Origin: Microbotryum violaceum
Lineage: Eukaryota
Direction: 5' to 3'
Length of the DNA stretch: 64,000 nucleotides
NCBI GenBank assembly: GCA_001244265.2
Contig: LN717261.1
Location: forward strand, 372,001-436,000
Shown: piece after piece, positions 29,349 through 45,653 of the stretch
Position numbering within the stretch: position 1 is the stretch's first letter
How the letters are laid out: each line of letters starts with the position of its first letter
Position numbers and translations under genes: made by a program
Notes under the pieces: model-generated
The model's input: only the letters and a program-made list of their open reading frames with translations
What the model was told of the DNA's origin: nothing
The model's database searches: none

Positions 29349-31928
29349 TCAACGCCTCATTAAGGCTGACATCCATTTTACTTTTGTGCACTGGCGTCCA
29401 CATTCCACCATGTGCGATATGGGCCGCATAAAAAAAGCAAAGTCCTTCAATAACAAATAACCTACAGTCAACAAATGCGCCAAACCATCCCTAGCTAGCC
29501 CATGGGCTCCGTCGAGAATCTCGAGGTCGTCCGAGTCTTCAACGCTTGTCGAGCCCGACTCTCCGTCGCCCTCCCCGTACTCAGCATCATCTTCTTCCTC
29601 GACCTCCTGCTCCGATAGTGAACTCAAAAGTTCTTCCATTCGTCTTTCATACACGTCATCACGGTCTCGCTCGGCCTGCTCCGCGGCTGGATCGGGGGTC
29701 AGGCCAAGTTCCCTTCGGAATGCGTCGAGGTCGATGGGTGTGTGGCGCACGTCCACGGCAGAAGGACCTGATAAGCTGCGGCTCGACTCAGCGATGGGGC
29801 TCTACATTTGAGTATTATTTAGCGTCGAAAGGCGGCGACCGAAATGACGTGGGCTACCGCGCGAACGGCGCGACACCTGTTTCGCCCGTCCGGCGAAAAG
29901 TTCCCCGATCAAACCAAATGCCGAGGGCCGCGATTCATGAACTGCGGGTGAACGCGTTCTGAACCAGACAACCGAGAGATCATCGCGTTCGGCGAGCCGA
30001 TCCAGACGCTCTTTGAACGAAATCTGCCGGCGTTGAAGCACATGCCACACCGCAGTGCCAACCTCGCCCGCGCCATCAGTTCCGAGAAGTTTCTTAGCCG
30101 CTTCGAGCATTTCTTCGGGAACTAATAGAAGGGGTGACGTAAGGTACAGCACCAACACAAAGAAAGGGTGTGTCCATCTCACCTCGGTCCTCTGCCCATG
30201 CCTGAGATACCTCAACAAAGCGAGTTTCCTCATCTTCGAGCCACGCAAGTAGTTGTCGAACCTCAGCTCCGATTCGGAGAATCTCTTCTTCCGCCCTGGC
30301 TTTGAGTAAAACCGCCTTGATCCCTTTCTGAACATCGGTATCAATCGCCCAAGGCGCAGTGTCGTGTACGAAAAAACCGTCTTGCCAGAAAGCGTCCGTT
30401 GGCAACAGTCACAAGCGACTTAATTGTGGTAGCGAGCGGTAAGTTGTCCAGAATCTGGGCCGATTGCTCGGTCGCAGCATTTCGGTAATCCCCGACCGCT
30501 TTATTGTACATATCGATTGCCACTTTTACTTTCTTGCTGTGCGTCTGTGAGACGCTGACAAGCTTGCTGGCTTCGACTTGACCGATTGTCGCGCCGCTTC
30601 GTCCCCAACCCATTGAGTCAATTCGTTCTTGACAGCATTGCAATTGGACCGTCGCTTTGTGTAATGCGCGAAGTTTGACTACGCAGTTGCACAAATGCTG
30701 GAAATCTAGGTATGTCATGGGACATCAAACATCAGGTGGCGATACTCATAAAGATAGGACGCGCGCCGCACCTGAAGCTGCAAGCTCCTTCGTGCGATCG
30801 TATTCTTGTTGGTAAGCTCTTAGCTGTTGCTGCAAGCGAGCCTTCGCTTCATCGGAAGCCATTGGATCGAATCTGAACACACAATGCCAAGACACAGTGT
30901 CAATTTTACGCCCTCGTCCTCCAATGGGGTTTGACGCGCCGAACGTACAGCCTTTCTTCCACGTGGTGTAGCCTCTGTACAATGTTGAAAAGCTCTAATC
31001 GCTCCTTGTCCTCGTTCTCCCGACATTGACTCGCCGTTGTGGCCGCTTGAGCAGCTCGTTGTAAATCCCATTGCGCGAGAAGGTCAGACTCGGACCATAT
31101 TGCCAAAATGTCACTCAGATCAGTTTGTGCCCTTCCAAGCTGATCTTGAGCATTCGACAGTCGTCTGCGGAGCCAACGGCCTAGAATGGACGATGAATGA
31201 AGGGACCGCACGATTAAGTGACGAACACGGCGTGAAAGTGTGGATGGCAGAGCATACCGAGGCTGTCAACACCGTTCTTGTTCATCAGGTCGACGCGACG
31301 CGAGATGTTGACGCGCCGGTGAGAAGCGCTCGCAGGACGATTGATCGGGATGAGCGATCGGAGCTGACTCCAAACGCGTTCGCATCCCTCCCCATCCGTC
31401 AACCCAAAGTGCTGAATCAGGCGCGGGTTGTACTCAAGCTGGCAGGGCCATTGATGAGCAAAAGCATGAAACACGCTCGTGGCAAACTTCAATCTCGGAA
31501 ACAGATCGGGAAGGATACTTCTCTGCAGGCGATCGAAGTACAGTACAGGTCAGCGCCGCCCCAGGGCCAGAAATCTAAGAAACGACGGATCCGCCACTCT
31601 TGCTGACCGATTGCATGTAGCCATCCAAATTACATGCAACATCATACAGCACTCCGAGTGTATCGTCGGAAGGGAGTTGGTTCGAAATATGTTGCAGCAG
31701 CGATAAGCCGTAGTAGCGCCTGCCTCATCAAAATCGAGCGTCAGGCCTTGTAAGCGGTTGAAAGAGGAGCTGAGCTGACGAACTTTTCGCCTGATTGATA
31801 CAAATTGACCATCTTCAACGCGATATCGTGACGGCAAACACAGGCAACTATCGCAGAAAAGATGCGAGCATGGAAGTAAAGCCTTCCGATAGGTGAGGGT
31901 GCACGACGCCGAGAAGTCAGGACCACAA
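29349..31928 (-). pseudogene. Kyakuja-Dileera-Zisupton (KDZ) transposase, spliced; 5' part cut off by a copia LTR
   Basis: ACVCRHD..VNLYQSGEK, GVLYDVACNL, FATSVFHAFAHQWPCQLEYNPR..FGLTDGEGCERVWS are KDZ catalytic motifs. Typical C-terminal helical region PWAID..VQKGI...RAEEE. Sequence stops at LTR boundary 31929. Confidence 0.9.
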
Positions 31929-33523
31929 TGTAGAGCGAGTGATGAGAAAGCTATCAAGAGTAAACAGCCGCGCGGGAAGAAAGCCCGCGCGCTCCCTAAC
32001 TTAAACAGATCAAACTCCAATACCAAAGTGACTAATGACTAAACGCACGCGCATCGGCGCAGATACCACAGGCACAGACACATATCAAATGACACTCCCC
32101 ATGCCAAGGTAGCGAGCGAGACCATCCCAAGTCCCTCGCTATGCGTAGCGAACTTGAGTTTGGCTAGGGGTTTCGTGAAAATGTCGGCCGTGTTCAGATC
32201 GGTCGGACAGTAGCGGAGATCGATATCGCCAACCTCGATTCGTTCACGTAGATAGAAATGATGCACATTCCAATGGTGAGTACGACCTTGAGCTCCGGGA
32301 TTCTTCGCCAAATCGATGCAAGGTTGGTTGTCCTCGTGCAGAACAGTAGATTGACCTTGATTGATGCGAAGTTCGGACGCCAGGTTGCGAAGACCGATAG
32401 CCTCCTTTGCTGCGGTTGAAGCAGCCAGAGTCTCAGACTCTGCTGTAGAAGAAGCGACCATTGTTTGTTGCTTCGACTTCCAGGAAATGGCAGCGTCAGC
32501 CATAATAACGACATACGCTCCCACAGATATGCCGTTGTCGTGATCGCAACCAAACGACGCGTCACTGTACACCTCGAACTTGGTAGAACCGCCTACGCGG
32601 TAGAGTAGCCCATAGTCGACGGTGTCAGAAAGATAGCAAAAAAATCGCTTGACGCAGATCCAGTCTCCTTCGGTTGGAGCAGCCACGCACTTCGCCACCG
32701 CACGAACAGCAGTTGCGATATCGGGACGAACACGTTGCGCAGCATATTGAAGCGCTCCCACAGCCGATTGGTAAACGAGGATGTCGGCGAACGGAGCAGT
32801 AGAAGACGAAACGACGCGATCCTCCGTTGGAGTCGCGACCGGCTTCTTCGACTTGTTTTCGAAAGCGTAATGTTCGAGTAAGCCTCGAATATACTTGGAC
32901 TGGTGAAAAAATATGAAATCCTTGGTACGAATAAACTCGAGACCGAGGAACGTCTTGACCGGGCCAAGTCGCTTGAGCTTGTAGACCGCATCGAAGACCG
33001 AAATCTCGGTCCAGAAAAGCCTGGTTGTTCGATGCAGCAAGCCCATCATCAACGTACAAAGTGATGATTGCGAACGACTTGCCATGATACTTGAAGTACA
33101 GACAAGCATCGACGTTGGAGCGCGTATAGCCGCGATCCGTCATCAGCTTGTGGAGAGCCGCGTTCCATTGCCGAGGAGCCTGCTTGGTGCCGTACATAGA
33201 TTTGAGGAGCTTGAGAGCGTGACCGGGCTGAGAGCCACCAGTTCATCCTTCAGGAATCTTCATGTAGACATCCTCCTCCATGATCCCGTTGAGAAACGCA
33301 GGATCATAGTTGAACTGTTCGAGGACGAGTCCGAGAGCGGCAGAAATGGCAATGAGGAACAAGATCGTCGTGATCGACGAGACAGGAGCAAACGTCTCGT
33401 TGTAGTCGATCCCAAGTCGTTGAGCGAAGCCTTGGATAACGAGACGAGCCTTGTAGCTGGTGATATTGCCTTCAGTGTCTTCTTTGCGAGTGAACACCCA
33501 ACGATAGCCCAGGGCGCGAGCCC
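31929..33523 (-). mobile_element. 3' fragment of a second Ty1/copia (RT-RNase H-PPT-3'LTR)
   Basis: [31 protein letters not shown] and ADIFTKPL across frameshifted ORFs. PPT GGGGAG (32100-32095) followed by a TG...CA LTR at 31929-32094 (166 bp). Confidence 0.9.
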
Positions 33524-33539
33524 CGTGTTGTTGTAGGAG

Positions 33540-36500
33540 TGTAAGGCCCGTGCGCCTGGGCCTTAGGAAGAGGGGACGCGCGCCTGGGCACTCTTAGTCT
33601 CTCTCCAGCGACTGATACGAGTGTCCAGGTGAGCACAAGGTGGATCAGAAGGCATTGTCATACCAGCGACTGATACGAGTGTCCAGTGTCAATTCTACAT
33701 ACTTTGGTCCTGTGATCCTTGTCGTCGTCGCTCAGGTGTACACTCCAACGGGGTGTATTACACTTTTTTTTTCACACCGGTCAAAGACGCACACTGCCAC
33801 GTGCGCCAGCGACACACCCACGGAACGAACAAACGACAACGAACGGTAACAGACGAACATGGCGCGTGGCAAGAACTCCACCGCCCAACCAGCGCCACCA
33901 TCGGCACCAGAGGAAAGGGAGGACAGCTCGGACGATGAACAGGAGGTTGCAACGATGCCAAGGGGCATGAAGCTCAGCGCGCCCAAGCTTGCGAACGGCA
34001 CGAAACTCAAGGCACCGGATGTCCCGGAGGGGTGGGCCGAATTCGAAAAGAAGACGGCGAAAGCGGCTAAGAACGACACCCTCCATCAAATTGCGGAAAA
34101 CTCAGAAGACGACATCTCAACGGACGAAGAAAACGAGTACGCCCCTCAGTTCATCTCCACCATTCCCATCACTCTGCACAACAACACGAAGTCAAAGACG
34201 TTGCAGGCACTTGCTGACTCTGGGGCCTCTTCCTCCTTTATCGCAGATAAGGTGGTTGAGAAACTGGGGTTAGTCATGCATCGTCTCCCTGTTCCTACAT
34301 TGGTCAAAACTGCAATCAAAGGCCAAGCACGCGCGTTTCATGTTACCTCGTTTGTAAAGATTCCGATCACGCTCGAGAATGGCGCATGGGAAGCGGGACA
34401 CACAATTCTGAAGGTGGCGAAACTGCAGGAGCCCTTGGAAGTGGTACTGGGGTTCAACTTCCTTGTAAAACACAAGGTTACCATCGACTTCGCGGCACAC
34501 AAGATCCTGGTGCCACATCCGACCATGCCTGACGTAAAGATCGACCTTCTTGCGCCGGTCTTCGGACCCCACCCCCAGCGAGCCGCGGCGAGGAATGCCA
34601 AACGAAGCGATAAAGCTCGGATCAACTGGCGTGCAGTGATTGCCTACATCGACGGGGTCCAGCAAAGGGAAACGGAGTTGACGGAGTTGCGACGGCGGGA
34701 GGCAAAGCTACGGGTCGAGTTCGCGGATCGGTTCCCGGGGATATTCCTCCGGTTTCGACGTATGAATCACCGGTCCGACACCGAATCGAGCTGAAGGACG
34801 GAGCAACAAAACCGAACCTGAAGGGTTATCGAGCGGCACACCGTTACCGGGAAGCCTGGAAGCGCCTGATTGATCAGCACGTCGCCAATGGCCGCCTTCG
34901 AAAGTCGTCATCAGAGTTCGCGTCCCCGGCGTTTGTCATCCCAAAGAAAGGTATGGATAAGGACCCGTCAATCCAACCACGCATGGTCTGTGACTACCGA
35001 GTACTCAACGAAGGGACGGTCCGAGATCGCACACCTCTACCACTTCCGGACGAGATTCTGTCGGTCTGCTCAAACGCGCGATTCTGGGGGAAGATCGACA
35101 TGACAAACTCCTTCTTCCAAACCAAGATGGCCGAGGAAGACATCCGGAAGACGGCGATTGTGACACCGTGGGGATTGTACGAGTGGACGGTAATGCCAAT
35201 GGGACTCTGCAACGCCCCGGCAACGCATCAGCGCCGAGTCAACGAGGCACTCGGAGACCTTATCGGGAGCGTGTGTTTCGTGTACCTCGATGACATCACA
35301 ATCTTTGCCGACACCTTGGAGGAACATGAACGACGGGTGCGACTAGTCCTGGAGGCGCTGAGACGGGCGGATCTGTACGTATCGCCGAAGAAGACGGAAC
35401 TGTTTGCTGCCGAGTGCTTTTTCCTCGGCCACCAGATCACTCGGGAAGGCATCAAGGTCAATCCTGACAAGGTGGAGCGGATCCAACAGTGGCCGCGACC
35501 AAGGACGGTGAAGCGATTGCGGGGATTCCTAGGTCTGGTGCAGTATCTGCGGAAGTTCATTGACAAGCTTGCGGATTTGACGGCGGTTTTAGTCCCGCTG
35601 ACACGGAAAGGGGTGCATGTAGACGAAGGCTGGACGGGAGAGCACGACAAGGCGTTTGAGGCAATCAAGTCCTTGGTGGGCAACCTTCCTTCTCTACATC
35701 CCATTGACCATTCCGACAAGGGCGACCCATTATGGCTGATGACGGACGCGAGCAATCGGGGAATCGGGGCGGCACTCAGTCAAGGAAAGCAATGGCAGAC
35801 GGCCATGCCGGCAGGCTATTGGTCACGACAGTACAACCCAGCGGAAGGCAACTATGCAGCCCACGAGATGGAATTGCTTGCAATTGTGGACGCCCTTCAT
35901 CACTGGCGGGCGGACCTTTTGGGTGTTCGATTCAAGATCCTCACAGACCACCACTCCTTGGCGGGCTTCATGAAGCAACCAAGCCTTTCACGACGCCAAG
36001 CTCAATGGACCGAACGACTGGCCGATTACGACTTCGAGATTGTATATGTACGAGGTCCAGAGAACACAGTGGCTGATGCATTGAGTCGTTACTCTTTCCC
36101 GGAGGAACCCACAGCCGGCCGCCAGGCGAGCGACAATGTCAACGTGCTGGCGGAGGCAACTCTCGATCCTGCCTTCCTTTGCAAACTCAGGGACGGTTAC
36201 CGCAAGGACCCGCAATGTCAACAAGCTATCAAGAACATTGACTCAACACCAGGCTACTCAGTCGACAATGGAATCGCACGGTTCGAAGGACGGATCCTCC
36301 TGCCAAAGACGGGGAACTTTTGGGAGGACGCGCTACATGACGCGCATGATGCCGCAGGCCATTTTGGACTACACAAGACGTATGAACACCTACGCCGCAA
36401 CTTTATCTGTTCGGGAATGAAGGATGCATGCAAAGATTACGTTGAGTCCTGTGCTGCTTGTCAGACAATGAAGATGCATGGCACCGGTTTTGCCGGTCGG

Positions 36501-37900
36501 ATCCACAATTTGAATGTGCCTGACCGGCCAATGCGGGAAGTTGGCCTAGACTTTGTCGGGCCACTTGTACCTAGCAATGGTAATGACGCACTGCTTACGG
36601 TAACAGATCGCCTTTCAGGCTACGTTCGCCTCATCCCCTGCCGCACGACGGACGACGCGACTACCACGGCGGACCGGTTCTTTGAGGGGTGGCATCGACA
36701 CTTCGGCATGCCACGAGTGCTGGTCTCCGACCGCGACAAGCTCTTCACAAGCGAGTTCTGGCGAGCGTACATGGGCCAGCTGGGAACGAAACTGGCAACA
36801 TCGACGTCTTTCCACCCACAAACGGATGGCCGAAGCGAGCGAACAAATCGGACCGTGATCCAAGTCCTGCGAACAATGGTCAACCGACGGCAAAATGACT
36901 GGTCAAAGCACTTGGCTACGGTGGAGTTTGTGATCAACTCCAGTATGAACAGGTCGACGGGGAAGACGCCATTTGAAGTGGTACTTGGGTTCACGCCGGA
37001 GCTGACACCGATCACCCCAGTGGAGGGCTCAACCACGTCACAGGCAGTCAAATCCATCGTGGAACAACGTGAAGCAGCGGTTGCGGAAGCCCGAGACAAT
37101 TTGGCAATTGCAAAGATCCGACAGGCCAACCAGAGCAACAAGGCGAGGAAACCGGAGCCCGGGTTTGCAGTTGGCGACATGGTCTTAGTCGACTCGCGGG
37201 ATCGACGACTGCGGTACAAGGCCGATGGGGAAGCACGGTCAGCCAAACTCTTTCCCCGGTTTGACGGCCCCTACGAAGTCCTAGCAGCACGACCCGAAAC
37301 CTCAAATTACAAGCTGAAGCTCAAGGCGGGGGACAAGTCGCACAACGTCTTCCACGCCTCCAAGCTCCGACGCTGGGTAAAGAACAATGGGGTGGTGTTC
37401 CCAGGACGAGAGGCAACGGAACCAGCGGCCATTATCGTCCAAGGAAACGAGGAGTGGGAGGTAGAACGGATTGTGGACGAAAAGGGGAAGGGGTCAAGGA
37501 AGAGGTTCTTGGTGAAATGGAAGGGGTGGGCAGACAGTGACAACACATGGGAGCCATGCTCACACCTGGAAGACACCGCAGCGTTGGAAGAGTGGGAGAG
37601 TGGGAAGGCGGGGGGAGGACAAGGCAAGGAGGGGAGGGTGTAAGGAGGGAGGGGAGTTTGGTTTAGGTGGTGGAGAGTGTAAGGCCCGTGCGCCTGGGCC
37701 TTAGGAAGAGGGGACGCGCGCCTGGGCACTCTTAGTCTCTCTCCAGCGACTGATACGAGTGTCCAGGTGAGCACAAGGTGGATCAGAAGGCATTGTCATA
37801 CCAGCGACTGATACGAGTGTCCAGTGTCAATTCTACATACTTTGGTCCTGTGATCCTTGTCGTCGTCGCTCAGGTGTACACTCCAACGGGGTGTATTACA
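33540..37900 (+). mobile_element. Ty3/gypsy chromovirus with identical 223-bp LTRs, deleted gag and no TSD
   Basis: LTRs 33540-33762 and 37678-37900 are identical by eye. Protease ADSGA, RT YLDD, RNase H TDAS, integrase HHCC/DRD/TDGRSER with GPY, and C-terminal chromodomain ([23 protein letters not shown]). Frameshift at ~34740. Confidence 0.96.
34953..37643 (+). CDS. Gypsy pol RT-RH-IN-chromodomain open frame (896 aa)
   Basis: Uninterrupted ORF with the motifs above; out of frame with the upstream protease ORF 33859-34794. Confidence 0.93.
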   Translation: MDKDPSIQPRMVCDYRVLNEGTVRDRTPLPLPDEILSVCSNARFWGKIDMTNSFFQTKMAEEDIRKTAIVTPWGLYEWTVMPMGLCNAPATHQRRVNEALGDLIGSVCFVYLDDITIFADTLEEHERRVRLVLEALRRADLYVSPKKTELFAAECFFLGHQITREGIKVNPDKVERIQQWPRPRTVKRLRGFLGLVQYLRKFIDKLADLTAVLVPLTRKGVHVDEGWTGEHDKAFEAIKSLVGNLPSLHPIDHSDKGDPLWLMTDASNRGIGAALSQGKQWQTAMPAGYWSRQYNPAEGNYAAHEMELLAIVDALHHWRADLLGVRFKILTDHHSLAGFMKQPSLSRRQAQWTERLADYDFEIVYVRGPENTVADALSRYSFPEEPTAGRQASDNVNVLAEATLDPAFLCKLRDGYRKDPQCQQAIKNIDSTPGYSVDNGIARFEGRILLPKTGNFWEDALHDAHDAAGHFGLHKTYEHLRRNFICSGMKDACKDYVESCAACQTMKMHGTGFAGRIHNLNVPDRPMREVGLDFVGPLVPSNGNDALLTVTDRLSGYVRLIPCRTTDDATTTADRFFEGWHRHFGMPRVLVSDRDKLFTSEFWRAYMGQLGTKLATSTSFHPQTDGRSERTNRTVIQVLRTMVNRRQNDWSKHLATVEFVINSSMNRSTGKTPFEVVLGFTPELTPITPVEGSTTSQAVKSIVEQREAAVAEARDNLAIAKIRQANQSNKARKPEPGFAVGDMVLVDSRDRRLRYKADGEARSAKLFPRFDGPYEVLAARPETSNYKLKLKAGDKSHNVFHASKLRRWVKNNGVVFPGREATEPAAIIVQGNEEWEVERIVDEKGKGSRKRFLVKWKGWADSDNTWEPCSHLEDTAALEEWESGKAGGGQGKEGRV

Positions 37901-41161
<3,261 letters not shown>

Positions 41162-41751
41162 CCCTCCCCCTTGTCGGCGTCCGTCAGCACTAGTAAGTAC
41201 TGGCCACAACATGCTGTCTAGCCTTAGCAAAGATGTACTGACCCCTAAAACCCAGAACACATACTGGCTAGGATGGCAAGCTCTTCAGACACGCGTTTCC
41301 TTCTGTGACCTCAAAATAGCTCGAAACGGAGCGCCAAGTAGCCTTCTTAAATGCAGATATTTCGTTTTAACCCTAGCAATGCAGCATTATTGGAAGCTTT
41401 AAGCCCTATTAGATAAAAAAAAAGAGGGAGAGGGCTCGTAACCCTGTTTCTCAAACCAAAATCCTCAAAAGCCATCTGAACAGCGATCCATGTTTTCGTG
41501 AAAAAATACGGAAATCAATCATCTTCGTACCTTGTTAAACTACGGAATTCATACGATCCGCCCCGCCAGCCGGACATACGGAAACCAGAAACGGATGCGT
41601 GCGGTTCCCGCAGCCTACGGGGTCGTCCGTGTAGCAGCAGTCTGCAGCATTAGGCAGCATCTGGCAGCATTGCGCGCTCGACGGCCGTATTACCCCCACC
41701 GCTCCACGGTTGGATCCCGCTTGACTTGCTTCTCCGCTCATCGACAGTTTC

Positions 41752-43193
41752 ATGTCCTTTAACGCCCGCTCTTCGCTCTTTGCCCAGACGACCCGTCGCG
41801 CCTTGAGCACCTCCACCACCAAGATGTCCAACTACAACGTGCAGTTGATCCTGTCCCAGTCGCCGGCTATGTTGCCCGCCTTGCCCTACCCCTCCGATGC
41901 GTTGGAGCCTCAGTGAGCCACGCGCAAGGCCCGAATGCGTGCATGAAGCGTATGAAGCAGCAGACTGAATGAACACACGATCTTGACCGCACAGCATCTC
42001 CAAGGCGATCATGGAGTTGCACCACTCCAAGGTAAGCGCTCCCTCCCCCCGCTTGACTCCCTAGTGGGGCTGCACCTGTCCTGTGCGATCCATGATCGAT
42101 GCGTGCTCCTCCCACCTCCCCACCTCACCACACCACTTCACCACTCCCGCGGCCCGGCCGCACCTCGGCCTCTGCATGGCTTTGAGAGTGTGCACAGCTG
42201 CTGACCCAGTTGGTTCAATTCAATCCCACAGCACCAGTAAGTGTGCCTCGGCCCTGAACACGCGTCTCTGGCCCCCACGTCGGCCTACAGAGGGCGATCT
42301 GGCATCGCGTCTCATGGCGTGCGCTCCCACTGACGCCATCGCATCCGTCTGTCTACTGCCGCTCCACCGCCCCACCGCCCCACTCCGAACTTGACCAACC
42401 AGTCAAACTTACGTGACCAACCTCAACAAGGTCAGTCCACTCAATCACACCCCCCGATCCGCGCCCATCGAACCGGTGCTGACGGATCATATCCCCGCTT
42501 GCGTCCCCGATGGCGATTACGTAAACCGGAAACTTTCCCCTCCCACTCTCACCGACCAGGCCGTTGAGGACTACGCTTCCGCCGTCTCGTCCAAGGACAT
42601 CAAGAAACAGATCCAGCTCCAGTCGGCCATCAAGTTCAACGGTGGTGGTGAGTACCTTTTAGGTCTTTTGGGCTCACCGACACCCCTGTTTTCCACTGAC
42701 CACGGAACTTCCCATCACGATCTTGCAGGTCACATCAACCACGTTAGTATAGAGACATGCACGTCCTAAGCACACGAGCCCTGTACCTAACCCCGAGTCG
42801 TGATACCCACCACAGACCTTGTTCTGGGAGAACCTTGCGCCCGTGAAGGAGTCGCAGTTCCCCGAGTCAGGCCCCCTCGCCGATGCCGTCAAGGCATCGT
42901 TCGGCTCGCTCGACAATCTCAAGAAGGAGGTCAACGCCGCCGCTTTGGGCATCCAAGGCTCCGGCTGGGCCTGGTTGGGATACAACGCGTCGACCAAGTC
43001 GCTCGAGGCGGTCGCGACCGCTAACCAGGACCCCTTGTTGGGCTACACGGCCTTGCTCGGCATCGACCTGTGGGAGCACGCCTTCTACCTCGACTACAAG
43101 AACGTCAAGGCCGCTTACCTCGAGGCGATCTGGAAGGTGATTAACTGGAAGACCGTCGAGGCTCGCTTGACCGCTTCCGGCGCCAAGCTTTGA
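41752..43193 (+). CDS. SOD2: Manganese superoxide dismutase with mitochondrial-type presequence, 7 exons
   Basis: Exons 41752-41912, 41995-42031, 42232-42236, 42403-42430, 42560-42647, 42729-42742 and 42816-43193 splice (all GT-AG) into LPALPY..ALEP, LHHSKHHQTYV, FNGGGHINHTLFW, QGSGWAWL and DLWEHAFY. Confidence 0.96.
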
Positions 43194-43608
43194 ATCTGAC
43201 GAACAGAGTTCTTCTCACCGAACCGTTTCTGAGCAATTTCTGCTTGGGAAAACCTCTCGAACCTCCGTGAAAAGATCAAAGAAAAGCCTTACAATGCCCC
43301 GTTTATAGTCAATACAAAATAAATGAAATCTGAATGGAATGTCACATGATTCGTCCCCAGATCTCGCATCAATTCGAGAATCGTTGCGGTGCAGGTACAC
43401 GACACGTCTCGAACACAGACAAAGCGTTGCTTTGCTGCTGCCTTTCCTATACAAGTCAAGATTGATGCGAATGATCAAAGCCCGACGACTGTGCCGTTGG
43501 CCAATCTGAGCTATGACCGCATCGCTGGTTCGACGTTGATCGTTGCCCGACTCGTCTCGTCGATTGTTTCAACTGCGGTCCCTTCGTGCCGCCGTAGGAG
43601 CAACCGCA

Positions 43609-45653
43609 ATGGCGGGGTGCAAGACGATCAAGACAGCGCGAACACGTGGACCTGTACCATCATGGCTTCGAGGACTCTCTCTGCCCTCGCTCCTGCTGGC
43701 GTGGGGCATCGCCTCGTTGTTCGCAGGCACGGCCCCACCGTTCGCTGGTATTAATGCTGATGCTGGTGCCGGTGCTGGTGCCGGCATGGGGGTCTATGCA
43801 GCAACGGCTCTTTTGAACATCAGCAGCTCCACAACGACGACGATCCTGCTCGATGATCCGTCTACAAGTGTGTTCAGCCTCCCCGCTGGAACGATGGCTT
43901 CGTTCGCGATGGCTGCTCCCTCGGAAACGACGACGACTTCGAGTTCGACAACGGCGGTGCAGATCATGCTTAGCGTTTGCCAAGTACCGCTTTCGCTCCA
44001 GAACGCCGATTCAAATACTGCCTTTGCTTTCTTGGCGAGCACCCCGACCTTGTTCATCTCGAACGACTCGTCCCTTACTTCCAGTCCCGGACCGAATGAT
44101 GGTGTCACCGAATTGGCTCTCACCAAAGCGCAGAGGAAGAATTATGCGATCCAAGCTTTCGTCGATGGCTTCACCAATGCTTCCTTTACTTCGACGAAAT
44201 CGGGTGGCGGAGTATTTATCGGGGTTTTCGCACCCAACTCGACTGTGTCGGATGAATGGGCGTATTTACTCTCCGTCACTTCGTCCACTCAAGGATCGGA
44301 TTCGATCATCCTCGAACGTACCGCCGGATTTCGCGTCGAAGGAACGGACTTTTCCTCCGCACTCCTGACCACCAGGCCTTACCCCACCAATTCGACCACT
44401 CCCGCCTTTGCGGGTATGATCGCACGAACGTCGATCCTATCCACCACGCTTGCTTCATCGTTGTGCTTCCTTCAGAATGGATTGGAGGACGTCGTTTCGA
44501 GTCGGAGCATCAATCAGACGACAACGACGAGGCTTACGGCGCAGGGGTACGTCAAGACGCAGTACTTGGTTGAAGGATTGAAGAATGGAGTCAATTACAC
44601 GGCTTGGTTGGTCGAGACTGCGGCGGATGGGTCGCGAAAGTTGTATTCGCCGAATTATTTCGCTACTCAGACTTGTAAGTTCGCTTTACTTGAACTGCTC
44701 GACCACGATTTGGGACCTATTGATTGCTGTCACCTGACACAAGAACGATTCATCGATAGCAACCTCATGTCAATTGATCTACGACGTCCCTTTGTGCCCT
44801 CTCGTGGCCTACGCCGTACCTTCACCACTCAGCGTAACGCCCGAAGCCCTCATTTCCTTCTACTCTACGAACTTCTCCACCTACCTCTCAGCCTTCAACC
44901 GCACCCTATCCACCTTTCCCTGCAACGACTCGACGGGTGATTTTTCCCCTGTCTCGACGTGTCAGGATTGTTTGGACGCTTATACGAGTTGGCTTTGCGC
45001 CGTCACGTTCGTGAGATGTACGGATGCGCCGGAGGGGAGTACGGTATTGGAGAAGGCGATTTGGTCTGATTTGTGGACGTTACCTTCAACCACTGCTACG
45101 GGAACGAATGGGAGTTCTTCTACATCTCTATTCTCTAATGATGGTAAGATCGAATGGACTTCGACTATCGTGCGAGACAATCCGACAGCTTCGCGAACCT
45201 CTTCACTCTCGTCCGATAAGTTAGCGACCTCTTTCCCTTCCCTCGTTTTTAATACCTCTTTCACACCCGAACGAGCGAGTCCGTTTCCTTACGCCGAGGT
45301 CTTACCCTGCTTGGAATCGGTGTGCCAACTCGTAGGAGCAAGATGTCCTCCTTTGATGGGATGGGCTTGTCCGCGAGCGAAGGGAGGTATGGGCAAGTCG
45401 GGTTATGCGATGCTGAAAGAGGTTGGGAGAGGGGAGAGACAGGTTGAGAGTTATGGGGAGGCGCAAAATGGAGGGATGGTCAAGGAAAGTGCGGAAGAAA
45501 AGAAGAGGGATTCGGATCGGTTTGGGAACGTCTTGTAGGTCCTCTCGTTTGAAGAAGCGAAGATGACGAGAAGACTGATCCGCTTGAGCGCTCTTTCGCC
45601 ACAGTTGTAACTCCTTGGGGTCCGATATGCTCTTGGCGCAGCAGCTCGTTTGA
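43609..45653 (+). CDS. MID1: Mid1-type stretch-activated Ca2+ channel component
   Basis: N-terminal hydrophobic segment, many N-glycosylation sequons, and a Cys-rich C-terminus (CQLIYDVPLCPLVAYAVP, FSPVSTCQDCLDAYTSWLCAVTFVRC, PYAEVLPC..C..V...CP). Introns ~44675-44759 and ~45535-45604. Confidence 0.88.
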
